Shown piece after piece: positions 16,279 through 26,088 of a DNA stretch of 64,000 bases. A model generated the notes under the pieces. It saw only the letters and a list, made by a program, of their open reading frames with translations. It was not told the origin of the DNA and ran no database searches. How positions within the stretch are numbered: position 1 is the first letter of the stretch; every line of letters starts with the position of its first letter. Origin of the DNA: Planctomycetota bacterium (GTDB lineage: Bacteria; Planctomycetota; UBA1135; UBA2386); assembly GCA_016235155.1 (NCBI GenBank), contig JACRLW010000103.1:8066-72065 (forward strand), read 5' to 3'. The position numbers and the translations under genes are program-made.

Positions 16279-18762
16279 TCATCGCCGCTGCGCGCGACGC
16301 GCCTCGAGTTCGCGCAGCGCGCGTTCGGCGGACTCGAGCTTCAACCCCTCACCGCCGGCCCTCACGATCTCGACCGCTCGGCGCGCGTGCTCGATCGCCG
16401 CGTCGAGATCGCCCTGCGCATGGCAGGCCTGCGCGAGGAAGTACGCCGGCCGGGGACTTCCGGGCAGCGCGCGTTCGGCTTCGACGAGCACCGCGATCGC
16501 CGCGGCGTGCTCGCCGGACTTGACCAGGCTCTCGCCCAACACTGCTCGACTGATCGCGTCGGTCGGATCGAGCGCACAGGCGCTCTGAAGCGCGCGCGCC
16601 GCCGCGGCGAAATCCCGGCGCTCGTACTCGACCCGTCCGAGATTCGCGTGGATCGCGCCGATGTCGGGCGAGAGCGCCGCGGCGCGCGTGAGCGAATCGC
16701 GCGCGTCGTCGTACGAGCCGTCCACGGCGAGCAGCCGGCCGAGTTCTGCGTGCAGGTGGGCCCAGCTCGGATCGCAAGCGAGACCCCGGCGACAGGCTTC
16801 GACCGCCGCGGCGCGATCGCCGCGACCTTCGTGGATCGCCGCCAACCACGACCATGGCGACGGGTCACTTGCTTCGCGTTCGAGCGCTTCCTCGGCGCAG
16901 CGGATCGCCTGGTCGATCTCGCCGAGGCGTGCACTCGTCCTCACCACGACTCCGTTCAACCACGTGCCCAACTCGGGAAGGAGCGCCATCGCGCGCTGCG
17001 CGTGCTCGCGCGCGCGCGCGGCGTCGACCGACTCCAGACACAGCGCGAGCCAGGCCTGCGCATGCGGCGAGGCGGGCCAGGTCGTCCGCAACGCGTCGAG
17101 CGCCGCGTCGCGGATCGCGTCGAGTCCGGCGTGCGTCGCGGCGAACGCGAGCATGCCGCGGTGAAGGAGGCTCGCCTCCGACTCGACGAAGATCAGGCGA
17201 TGGAGCAGTTGCGTGGCGCTCGCGTACTCGTCGCGACGATCGTGCCGCAGCGCGGCGAGGTAGCTCGCCGTCGCGGTGAAGCGCAGGCGTTCGGCGGCCT
17301 TCGGGTCGAGGACGTCGACTCCGGTCCCCGGGCCGGTCGCCGCACCCGCGAGTTCGACGATCGACGACGCCTCGGGGATCGCCGCCGTGAGCCAGGCGTT
17401 CGAGGTCAGGAGCGCGCGTGCGTCGTCGCGCCGGCCGAGCAGGACCCGCGCAGCGAGGGCGCCGAGCATCGCGTCGGTGCGACGACCGTCGACCGCGAGC
17501 ACGGCGTCGAACTCGTCGCGGGCTCGCGCGCGCTCGGCGGGATGGACGAGCCGCACGAACGCCGCCTGCTCGCGATCCGCCAGCGTCCTCGCATGGGCCG
17601 TGCGCTGCGCCGACTCGATGGTCGGCCACTGCCAAGCGAGCACCGCGCCGGCGCCGATCGCGATGAGGATCGCGACCGCGGCGGCCGTCCTCGTGCGATC
17701 GCGGACGATCCGGTGCCAGGCGCGACGAAGGGGACCGCGCGGGCTCGTCCGGATCCGTCGTCCGGTGAGCACCGCCTCGAGTTCCTCGCCGAATCGCTGC
17801 GCAGAACCGAAGCGATCGCGCGGGTCGCGCTCCAGCGCCACCGCGAGGAGTTCCTCGAGTCCCTCCGGCACACGGATGCCGGCGGCGGCCAGGCCCGGAA
17901 CTTCGTCGCGATCGCCCGGCCACGCGCCGAGCGGCTCCCGACCGCTGGCGCGCCAGATCGACGCGAAGATCGTCTGCCCCAGCGCGAAGACGTCGGCGCG
18001 CGCGTCGACGACTCCGTCGGGTGCGAGTTGCTCCGGTGCGGCGAAGGCCGGCGTGCCGGCGAAGCCCGAGGTCAACGACTCGTCGGACTCGAGATCACGC
18101 ACGAGTCCGAAGTCCGCGAGCATCGCCCGGCCGTCGTCGGCGCGGATCAGGATGTTCGACGGCTTCACGTCGCGATGCACCAGTCCGTGTGCGTGCAGCG
18201 TGGCGAGGGCGATCGCGACTTCGCGCCCGGAGCGAACGATGGATTCGACCGCGGGGTCGCGCCGATCGCGCAGTCGATCTCGCAGTCGATCGCAGCGCGA
18301 CGCCAGCGACTCCCCCACGACCAGTTCCATCACGATCGCCAACACCGACTCCGTCTCGACGACGTCGAGGATCGCGACCGCGAACGACGATCGCACGCGC
18401 GCCATCGCGCGCGCCTCGCGGAGGAAGCGGCGACGGATCGACGGGATCTGCGCGAGCTCCGGACGAACCACCTTCAGGGCGACGTTGCGATCGCGCACGA
18501 AGTCGTGCGCCGCATACACGATCCCCATCCCGCCCTCACCGAGGATCCCCAGCAAGCGGTGGCCGGGCACGACGACCTCGATGGTCTTCGCGATGCGTCG
18601 TTCGGCGAGGCACCGCAGGAAGTGGACCTGTCGCAGGAGATTCGCCAGGTCCGCGTGCTGCACGCAGAGCGAATCCAGCGCAGCGTCGGTGAGGGCATCC
18701 CCGCGCCCGGCGTCGGCGTACACGCGCTCGGCTCGCCCGACGACGGAAGGCTCGCCCGACAT
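16279..18762 (-). CDS. Ser/Thr protein kinase with transmembrane segment and long TPR C-terminal domain
   Basis: Kinase motifs are ILGEGGMGIVYAA, VALKVV, HRDVKPSNIL, DFGLV and TPAFAAPEQ. The TM helix is AAAVAILIAIGAGAVLAW. About 400 aa of TPR-like repeats follow. I set the start to ATG 18762 (MSGEPSVV); upstream track codons belong to the sigma gene region. Confidence 0.9.
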   Translation of the reverse strand: MSGEPSVVGRAERVYADAGRGDALTDAALDSLCVQHADLANLLRQVHFLRCLAERRIAKTIEVVVPGHRLLGILGEGGMGIVYAAHDFVRDRNVALKVVRPELAQIPSIRRRFLREARAMARVRSSFAVAILDVVETESVLAIVMELVVGESLASRCDRLRDRLRDRRDPAVESIVRSGREVAIALATLHAHGLVHRDVKPSNILIRADDGRAMLADFGLVRDLESDESLTSGFAGTPAFAAPEQLAPDGVVDARADVFALGQTIFASIWRASGREPLGAWPGDRDEVPGLAAAGIRVPEGLEELLAVALERDPRDRFGSAQRFGEELEAVLTGRRIRTSPRGPLRRAWHRIVRDRTRTAAAVAILIAIGAGAVLAWQWPTIESAQRTAHARTLADREQAAFVRLVHPAERARARDEFDAVLAVDGRRTDAMLGALAARVLLGRRDDARALLTSNAWLTAAIPEASSIVELAGAATGPGTGVDVLDPKAAERLRFTATASYLAALRHDRRDEYASATQLLHRLIFVESEASLLHRGMLAFAATHAGLDAIRDAALDALRTTWPASPHAQAWLALCLESVDAARAREHAQRAMALLPELGTWLNGVVVRTSARLGEIDQAIRCAEEALEREASDPSPWSWLAAIHEGRGDRAAAVEACRRGLACDPSWAHLHAELGRLLAVDGSYDDARDSLTRAAALSPDIGAIHANLGRVEYERRDFAAAARALQSACALDPTDAISRAVLGESLVKSGEHAAAIAVLVEAERALPGSPRPAYFLAQACHAQGDLDAAIEHARRAVEIVRAGGEGLKLESAERALRELEARRAQRR

Positions 18763-18767
18763 GATGC

Positions 18768-19313
18768 TCAGGGCGCTTCGAGTTCCTCGCGCAGGAGCTC
18801 GATCGCGCTCGTCACGAGTCGCTGCGCGTGCGACAGGCTCACCCCCATCGCGTCGCCGATCTCCTTGAGCGAGTAGCCGGCGAAGACCCGCAACTCGAGG
18901 ATGCGGGCGAGTCGTTCGTCCTTCTCCGCCACGCGTTCGAGCGCGTCGTCCATCGCGAGGACGTCGATCGGGTCCGAGAAGGCCTTGTCGGCCGCGATTT
19001 CGTCGAGGTCGAGCGTGACCCTCACGTGCGCGCCGCGCTTGCTCGCGGTGCGACGCCGCGCATGGTCCACGAGCGCGCGGCGCATCGTGCGGATCGCCAG
19101 GCGGCGGAACACGGCTTCGTCGCCGAACTCCACGCCCGAGGCGGTGAGGCGCAACCACGCTTCGTGGACCAACGCGGTCGGCTGGAGCGTGTGGTTCTTG
19201 CGTTCCCCGCGCAGCAGTTGGCGGGCGACCGCGCGCAGTTCGTCGTAGACGAGCTGGAGCGAATCGTCGTCGTGACGATTCGACTCCAAGCCGTCGCGCT
19301 CGTTCGCCGCCAT
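18768..19313 (-). CDS. ECF-type sigma factor (kinase-associated type)
   Basis: It contains LQLVYDELRAVARQLLRGERKNHTLQPTALVHEAWLRL and region 4 AGYSLKEIGDAMGVSLSHAQRLV. It lies 5 bp upstream of the kinase gene on the same strand. Confidence 0.85.
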   Translation of the reverse strand: MAANERDGLESNRHDDDSLQLVYDELRAVARQLLRGERKNHTLQPTALVHEAWLRLTASGVEFGDEAVFRRLAIRTMRRALVDHARRRTASKRGAHVRVTLDLDEIAADKAFSDPIDVLAMDDALERVAEKDERLARILELRVFAGYSLKEIGDAMGVSLSHAQRLVTSAIELLREELEAP

Positions 19314-19356
19314 GGATGGGAGGATAGCCGCGGGTCCGATCGATCCGCGGGCGACG

Positions 19357-20985
19357 TCAGTCGCCGAACCGGAACTCGATCCGGTCCGAGGCGACCAGGC
19401 CCGCCGGATTGGCGAGGGAGTCGACCGCGACGGTCTGGAAGGCCATCGCAAGCCCGATGATCGCCGGGACGTTGGGAACGATGAACGGACCGATGTTCGC
19501 GACTCCCGCGCCGTCCGACGAGGTGAAGATGTTGAAGCCGTCGGTCGTCGCGTAGGCGGTGCAGCCGGTCATGCCCAGCGCCGTGAGCGGGATCGCCGCC
19601 GGCATCCCGAGATTCATCACGACGGGAGTCGACGCGAGCGCATTGCGCGCCGCGAAACCGACGGACTGCGAGAGGCGCGGACAACCGGTGAGGTACGCCC
19701 GGATCCGATTGCCCGCGCTGCCAAGACACGCGATGCCGGAGCGGGTCACGCGCGGCGGCGCGCCGGTGAAGCCGAGGTCGTACAGGCGCGCGAAGCCGAC
19801 GTTGGTGCCGACGAAGGGTGAGTCCTCGCGGGACGCGACGACCACGTCGGGATGGCCGTCGCCGTCGGCGTCGCCGACGCCCGCGATCGAGTAGCCCTTG
19901 GTCGGACTGACCGCGGCGTTCAACGTGACGCCGGTGAGTTGCGCGAGGACGGCGCCGCTGGTTCCCGACCGCGCGATGAGGTTCACGGTGGCGTTCAAGA
20001 GGCCCGTGAGTTCGAGCGTCACGAGGTCTTGGATGCAGTCGCCGTTCACGTCGCCGGCCGTCGCGAAGATCTCCGCGCCGATCGGGGTCCAGGAGGCGAG
20101 GAGCGAACCGTTCGCGCCGCTGCGGATCTGCGACAGCGCCGAGCCCGCCGCCGTCGAGATCGCGTAGTCGTCGCGGCCGTCCTGGTTCACATCGCCGACG
20201 AACGCGATCGAGTGGAGCGTGTCGAGGGACCCGAGCGCGTGCGTCGTGAGCAGGCTGCCGTCGGACCCGGAGCGGACGTAGACGCTCGGGCCGCCCGAGG
20301 TACCGATCGCCGCCGCGACGAGGAAGTCGCGGACGCCGTCGCCGTTCGCATCACCCCGCCCGGCGAGCTGCGTGCCGAGGCGCTGGCCGGCGGTGCCGAC
20401 GAAGGCCGGCACGATCAGCGCCTGCGTGGCGCCGGAGACGAGCTCCACGCGACCCGGAACCGCGGTCGACGTCGACGCTGCGACGACGAAGTCGGGAACG
20501 CCGTCGAGGTCGACGTCGCCGACCGCGGCGAGCTGCGATCCGTAGCCGAGACCGGGAGAGCCGAGCACGGTGAAGAGGAGTGACCCGGTCATCCCCGAGT
20601 AAGCGCGGACCGAGCCGGCCCCCGCTCCTCCCGTCGCGTCGCCGGGCGCCGACACCGCGAAGTCCGCGCGGCCGTCCAGGTCGAGGTCGCCGAGCATCGC
20701 AACGCGAGTCCCGAACCCCGAACCGGTCGCTGGTCCGTGCAGGATCCAGATCACCGCGCCGGTCGAGCCGGAGAGCACGCGGGCCGTACCGAAGGTCGGA
20801 CCGCCGACGCTCGAGTTCGAACTGCCGACGATCACGTCGGGGCGGCCGTCGCCGTCGACGTCGTGACCGCCGTCGACGCTGTTGCCGAGGCGTTCGCCGG
20901 CCGTCCCCGCGAAGTTCCAGAGCGCGGTCGGTGTCTGAGCATCCGCGAGACTCGCGGCGAGGGCGAACAGGACGATCACGCGCAT
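19357..20985 (-). CDS. secreted FG-GAP repeat protein with shared C-terminal domain
   Basis: The signal peptide is MRVIVLFALAASLADAQ. FG-GAP calcium-site repeats are GHDVDGDGRPDVIV, GDLDLDGRADFAV, GDVDLDGVPDFVV, GDANGDGVRDFLV, GDVNQDGRDDYAI and GDADGDGHPDVVV. An alternative start is ATG 21021. Confidence 0.85.
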   Translation of the reverse strand: MRVIVLFALAASLADAQTPTALWNFAGTAGERLGNSVDGGHDVDGDGRPDVIVGSSNSSVGGPTFGTARVLSGSTGAVIWILHGPATGSGFGTRVAMLGDLDLDGRADFAVSAPGDATGGAGAGSVRAYSGMTGSLLFTVLGSPGLGYGSQLAAVGDVDLDGVPDFVVAASTSTAVPGRVELVSGATQALIVPAFVGTAGQRLGTQLAGRGDANGDGVRDFLVAAAIGTSGGPSVYVRSGSDGSLLTTHALGSLDTLHSIAFVGDVNQDGRDDYAISTAAGSALSQIRSGANGSLLASWTPIGAEIFATAGDVNGDCIQDLVTLELTGLLNATVNLIARSGTSGAVLAQLTGVTLNAAVSPTKGYSIAGVGDADGDGHPDVVVASREDSPFVGTNVGFARLYDLGFTGAPPRVTRSGIACLGSAGNRIRAYLTGCPRLSQSVGFAARNALASTPVVMNLGMPAAIPLTALGMTGCTAYATTDGFNIFTSSDGAGVANIGPFIVPNVPAIIGLAMAFQTVAVDSLANPAGLVASDRIEFRFGD

Positions 20986-21249
20986 CGCGAGCGCGCGCTT
21001 CTGGTCGGGGGAGGATCGCATGGTTCGGTGGCGAGCGGGACGGAGGAAGAGGACCGAGCCGAGGACGGCGAGCAGCGCGGACCGGCTCGCGTTCGGGCGC
21101 CGCGCGGGGGTCATGGCGCAGGAGCGGGTCCGCTTTCCCCTCCGCGACGATCCGATGTTTGGTCGCTATCCTCCGGCGCTCGCGTCGAACCCTTGGCGCG
21201 GCCAACGACCTCCGCGCCGAACGCAGCGCGCGGGCCCTCCCTGCGAACG

Positions 21250-23373
21250 ATGAGCTCCGCGACGACGTCCGATTCGCTCCACCGCGATCCCGCCGCCGAT
21301 CCCAACCCGCTCCTCGGTCCGCTCCACGCGCTGCCGCGCTTCGACGTGATCCTGGCCGGGCACGTCGAGCCGGCGATCCGCACCCTGGTCGCCGATCTCG
21401 ACGTCGCGCTTTCGCGACTCGAGTCGAACGTGCGTCCGGACTGGGAAGGTCTCGTCGATCCGCTCGAGCGACTCGTCGAACCGTTGCGCCTCGCGTGGGG
21501 CGCGGCCGGTCACCTGATGGGCGTGAAGAACTCGCCGGAGCTGCGCACGGCGTACGAGACCGTGCAACCGGACGTCGTCCGCGCCTGGACCCGCATCGGG
21601 CAGAGCCGGCCGCTGCACGAAGCGAGCAAGGCGATGCGGGCGTCGAGTGCGTGGGCGACGCTGTCGGACGCGCAGCGGCGCATCGTCGAGAAGATGATCC
21701 TCGACGCCGAACTCTCCGGCGTGGGTCTCGACGGTCCCGCGAAGGAGCGCTTCAACGCGATCCAGCGTGAACTCGCCGATCTCGCCACGCGCTTCGGCAA
21801 CCACGTCCTCGACGCGACCAAGGCCTTCGCGCTCGATCTCGCCGATCCGCGGGACGTCGACGGCCTGCCGGAGAGCCTGCTGCAACTCGCGGCCAAGGCC
21901 GCGCGCGAGTCCGGCCGGACCGAGGCGAGCGCCGAACTCGGACCGTGGCGGATCACGCTCGACGCGCCGATCTCGGGCCCGTTCCTGCAGCACAGCAAGC
22001 GGCGCGAGCTGCGCGAACGCGTCTACCGGGCGTGGATCGCACGCGCGAGTTCCGGCGAGTTCGACAACACGCCGTTGATCGACCGCATCCTCGCACTCCG
22101 TGACGAGAAGGCGAAGCTGCTCGGCTTTCGTGACTTCGCGGCGTTGAGTCTCGCGAGCAAGATGGCGCGCAGCGCGGACGACGTGCTGGTGCTGCTCGAG
22201 GAACTACGGGCGAAGGCGATGCCCGCCGCGCGGAAGGACTTCGAGGAACTCGTCGCGTTCGCGCGCACGCGCGGCGAGAACGACGTGAAGCACTGGGACC
22301 TCGCGTTCTGGGCCGAACGCCTCCGCGAGGACCGTTTCGCGTTCAGCGAGGAGGACCTTCGGCCCTACTTCCCCTTGCCGAAGGTCCTCGACGGTCTCTT
22401 CGCGCTGGCGGAGCGCTTGTTCGACGTGCGCATCGTCGCCGCCGACGGCGAGACCCCGGTGTGGCACGACGACGTCCGCTTCTTCCGCATCCTCGACGCC
22501 GGCGGCTCGCCGCGCGCCGCGTTCTTCCTCGATCCCTATTCGCGTCCCGCCGAGAAGCGCGGCGGCGCGTGGATGGACGACGGTCTCGTGCGCAGCAAGC
22601 TGTTCGCGCCGCCCGGCGAACGCGTGCGCCTGCCGGTCGCGCACCTGGTGTGCAACGGCACGCCGCCGGTCGGCGAGCGACCGTCGCTGATGACCTTCCG
22701 CGAGGTCGAGACGCTCTTCCACGAGTTCGGCCACGGCTTGCAACACATGCTCACGACCGTCGACCACGAGTCGGCGGCGGGGATCAACGGCGTCGAGTGG
22801 GACGCCGTCGAGTTGCCGAGCCAGTTCATGGAGAACTGGTGCTACCACGAGCCCACGTTGATGGGCCTCTCGAGCCACTGGCAGACCGGGGCACAGCTGC
22901 CTCGCGCGCTGTTCGACAAGATCCAGGCCGCGCGCACCTTCCGCGCCGGGAGCGACACGCTGCGGCAGGTCTACTTCGCCTGCACCGACCTCGCGCTGCA
23001 CCACGATCACGAGCCGTCGCGCGACGGCACCCCGTTCGATGTGATGCGCAAGGTCGCCGATCGCACGACCGTGCTGCCGCCGCTCCCCGAAGACCGTTTC
23101 CTCTGCTCGTTCACCCACGTCTTCGCCGGCGGCTACGCAGCGGGCTACTACAGCTACAAGTGGGCCGAGGTCCTCAGCGCCGACGCGTTCGGCGCCTTCG
23201 AAGAAGCCGGCCTCGACGATCCCGCCGCCGTGCGCCGCACCGGCCGCCGCTTCCGCGACACGGTGCTCGCGCTCGGCGGCAGCCGCCACCCGATGGACGT
23301 CTTCGAACAGTTCCGCGGCCGCAAGCCGTCGACCGAAGCCTTGCTCCGGCACTCGGGACTCACGGCGGGTTGA
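21250..23373 (+). CDS. prlC: oligopeptidase A (M3 family zinc metallopeptidase)
   Basis: The zinc motif is FHEFGHGLQHML. Length and N-terminal region fit the M3A family (LPRFD...HVEPAIRTL...WGAAGHLMGVKNSPELR). The start is ATG 21250, inside track ORF 20737..23373. Confidence 0.85.
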   Translation: MSSATTSDSLHRDPAADPNPLLGPLHALPRFDVILAGHVEPAIRTLVADLDVALSRLESNVRPDWEGLVDPLERLVEPLRLAWGAAGHLMGVKNSPELRTAYETVQPDVVRAWTRIGQSRPLHEASKAMRASSAWATLSDAQRRIVEKMILDAELSGVGLDGPAKERFNAIQRELADLATRFGNHVLDATKAFALDLADPRDVDGLPESLLQLAAKAARESGRTEASAELGPWRITLDAPISGPFLQHSKRRELRERVYRAWIARASSGEFDNTPLIDRILALRDEKAKLLGFRDFAALSLASKMARSADDVLVLLEELRAKAMPAARKDFEELVAFARTRGENDVKHWDLAFWAERLREDRFAFSEEDLRPYFPLPKVLDGLFALAERLFDVRIVAADGETPVWHDDVRFFRILDAGGSPRAAFFLDPYSRPAEKRGGAWMDDGLVRSKLFAPPGERVRLPVAHLVCNGTPPVGERPSLMTFREVETLFHEFGHGLQHMLTTVDHESAAGINGVEWDAVELPSQFMENWCYHEPTLMGLSSHWQTGAQLPRALFDKIQAARTFRAGSDTLRQVYFACTDLALHHDHEPSRDGTPFDVMRKVADRTTVLPPLPEDRFLCSFTHVFAGGYAAGYYSYKWAEVLSADAFGAFEEAGLDDPAAVRRTGRRFRDTVLALGGSRHPMDVFEQFRGRKPSTEALLRHSGLTAG

Positions 23374-24401
23374 GCAGCGTACGGGTCAGAGCACCCACGC
23401 CGACGGCGCGGATCCTCTCACCGAGCACGAAGACGTCGTCGCCCGGCCAGATGACGTCGAGGCGCTCCAGTTCGAGGTGCTCGAGGGCGCTGCGCATCGA
23501 GGGCGTCACCTTCGGCGCAGACGTGTGCTTGATCTCGAAGCCGATGCGGCGCGCGCCGCGGACGAACAGGAAGTCCAGTTCGGCGCCGCCGTGCAGCCCC
23601 CACGAGAAGCACTCCTCGTCCTCGGCATCGAGCAGCCGGACGACCTGCACGGACTTCGCGCTTCGCGAGGTTCTGGAACCACGGCGGCAGCCGCCGCGCC
23701 ATGAAGGTGTCGCAGAGGATGTCGAGGTAGCTGCGTACGGCGTGCTCCCCCACTCCGAACGCGCGCGCGAGTTCGGCGCCGTTCCAGATCTGACCGTGGT
23801 AGTGCGCGAGCATCGTCCAGAAGCGGCGGATCGTCCCACTCGGTACACGGATCCCGAGTTCCGCGATGTCGCGCTCGAGAAAGGTGCGCGCAAAGCTCTG
23901 TCGCCATCGTCTGCTCGCCTCGTCGTCGTCCGCGAGGAACGACGGCGGGAAGCCACCGCGCATCCAGAGCGTGCGCCAGTTCGCCGTACCGGCTTCGTCG
24001 AGATCGAACGGGTCGAGGCGATGGAACGCGATGCGGCCGGCGAGCGACTCGCTCGCCTGGCGCAGCAGTCGAGGCGACGCGCTGCCGAGCAGGAGGAAAC
24101 GCGCCGGCAGCGGCCTGCGATCGGCGAGCACGCGCAGGATCGGGAACAGCTCGGGAGCGCGCTGCACTTCGTCGATGACGACCAGCCCCGTCAGTCGATC
24201 GAGGACCAACTTGGGATCGCCAAGTCGAGCGAGGTCCGTGGGATCCTCGAGATCGAAGGTCGTGGCGTCGGGTGCGGTTTCCTGCACGATCTGCCGGGCG
24301 AGGGTCGTCTTCCCCGCCTGGCGTGGACCGAGGATGGCGACCGCGGCGAACTGCCTGAGGAGCCCGAGGATCGTGTCGATCTGGTGCCGGCGACCGAGCA
24401 T
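23360..24401 (-). pseudogene. AAA ATPase of the DUF4143 family, frameshifted with an apparent internal deletion
   Basis: The N-terminal frame has ILGPRQAGKTTLARQ (Walker A), LVVIDEVQRAPELF (Walker B) and ...RRLPPWFQNLAKR. Near 23655, similarity jumps to the frame of ORF 23360..23956 (KSVQVV...GGAELDFLFVRGARRIGFEIKHTSAPKV). About 40 aa that normally lie between these segments seem to be missing. Confidence 0.6.
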
Positions 24402-24416
24402 GGATGGCCTTCTACC

Positions 24417-24449
24417 ATGAAATCCTGCGGGTAGAGCGCAGGATTTCAT
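24417..24449. promoter_or_regulatory. perfect 13-bp inverted repeat (atgaaatcctgcg-N7-cgcaggatttcat), AT-rich relative to surroundings
   Basis: Read directly from the sequence. It lies 16 nt upstream of the ATPase pseudogene start (24401, minus strand), in the 312-bp gap before the gene at 24713. It is a candidate operator or hairpin. Confidence 0.4.
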
Positions 24450-24712
24450 ACCTGGGCCTGGTCGTCCCGACCACGACGGGTCGGGATTCTCCGCTGCGTC
24501 GGGGTCCTCGGGAAACGGCCTGTCATCGATCGCACACGCGCCCAAGGGGAGATCCGAGCGGCATCGTGCAGGTCTCGAACGAATCGAAGCGACGGCGCGA
24601 GGAATCGACGCCCGAACGCGGGGAGACGCGGCACGGACTTCATCGCGGCACATCCGTTGCCCTGCGCGGCGCCCACCGCGCGAGCGAGTCCCCGCTCGCG
24701 TCCCTCCCCTCG

Positions 24713-26083
24713 ATGACCATGACGACGTCTCGCATCGCGTTTGCGTCTCTCCTCCTCTCCACCGTCGCGACGGCCCAGGTCCCCGACGGTTGGTACGCCT
24801 GGACGGCGTTCGGCACCGCCGGGCGCAGCGGCATCTTTCTCTCGCACCCGCGCACGCCTTCGATGCCGATCGCGGTCGAAGGCTTGAACCCCGACCTGCT
24901 GTACGTGCCCGGCGGTCGTGCCGGCGGCGCGTGCATCCTGGTGCGATCGTCCGACGGCGCCCTGATCGCCGGCGAACGCGCCGCGGTCGGCAACAGCGTC
25001 GACCTCCACGTGATCCGGTTGAACGGCGTGAGCGTCGCCTTCGACCAGCTCTTCAGCGTGGGCACCGCCGGGCCTGCCGGCGAGATCCCGCAAGCCGCGC
25101 TGATGCCCGACGGTCGCGTGCTGGTCGCGGCGACCGATCTCGTGCAGGGTCCGCTCGCGAACGTGCCGACCGCCAACTACGGGATGGAAGGAGTGGGCAT
25201 CGTCGATCTCCGCGGTGGCGCGGTGACGCCGGTGCCGATCGCGAATCCCGCCGTGTTCCAGAGCGGCGTGTTCAACGGGATCACGCTCTCGGCCGACGGC
25301 ACGACGGCCTACATCGCGAACTACGTGTCGTCGACGCTCGGGGAGGTCTGGGCCCTGCCGGTCCCCGCGGGCGGCGCCGCGACGCTGCTCACCACGGTGC
25401 CGGCCGGCATCTCGAACGTCGGCCTCGATCTGAACGGCGACCTGATGATCGTCTCGCTCAACGGACCGCCGAACTGCTGGCGCTGGGACTTCGCCACGCA
25501 GACGCAGACGGCGATCACGACCGGCACCGGGCCGCTCAACGCGATCGGGCTCGAGTCCGTGACGGGCATGTTCCCGTTGTGCACCGCGAACGCCGGCACG
25601 CCGATCCGCTCGATCCTCTGGATGGACCCGAGCGGAACGACTTCGCTGCTGGCGACGCCCGGCTACGGCACGCCGTCGGGCATCGCGGCCCGCGACAACC
25701 CGCGCACCTTCGGCGTCGCGACGGCGAGCGCAGACGTCTACCTCTGGAAGCTGCGCCCGAACCAGGGCGGCCTGCCGACCGTCGGCAACGCGGGCTTCAG
25801 CCTGACGATGGAGGCCGGCAACCCCAACGCGATCCTGTTCGGCGGCGTGTTGCTCGGACTCGCGAAGGCGGCCACTCCCGTCAACGTCGCCGGAGTCGAC
25901 GTGCTGCTCGACCCGGCCCTGATCGTGTGGGCCGGCGTGCTCGGTGCGAGCGCCACGCAGTTCCTGCCGCTCGGCATCCCGAACGACGCGTCGCTCGCCG
26001 GTGCCTCGTTGTTCGCACAGGGCATCCACGTGTCGCAGACCGGCCTGATCGGCACGAACGGCCTCGAGTTCACGATCCTCTGA
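24713..26083 (+). CDS. secreted hypothetical protein (beta-propeller-like) with shared C-terminal domain
   Basis: The signal peptide is MTMTTSRIAFASLLLSTVATAQ. The body is Gly/Thr/Ala-rich and predicted beta-rich. The C-terminal ~100 aa is homologous to the tails of four other proteins in the window. Confidence 0.7.
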   Translation: MTMTTSRIAFASLLLSTVATAQVPDGWYAWTAFGTAGRSGIFLSHPRTPSMPIAVEGLNPDLLYVPGGRAGGACILVRSSDGALIAGERAAVGNSVDLHVIRLNGVSVAFDQLFSVGTAGPAGEIPQAALMPDGRVLVAATDLVQGPLANVPTANYGMEGVGIVDLRGGAVTPVPIANPAVFQSGVFNGITLSADGTTAYIANYVSSTLGEVWALPVPAGGAATLLTTVPAGISNVGLDLNGDLMIVSLNGPPNCWRWDFATQTQTAITTGTGPLNAIGLESVTGMFPLCTANAGTPIRSILWMDPSGTTSLLATPGYGTPSGIAARDNPRTFGVATASADVYLWKLRPNQGGLPTVGNAGFSLTMEAGNPNAILFGGVLLGLAKAATPVNVAGVDVLLDPALIVWAGVLGASATQFLPLGIPNDASLAGASLFAQGIHVSQTGLIGTNGLEFTIL

Positions 26084-26088
26084 TCCCG

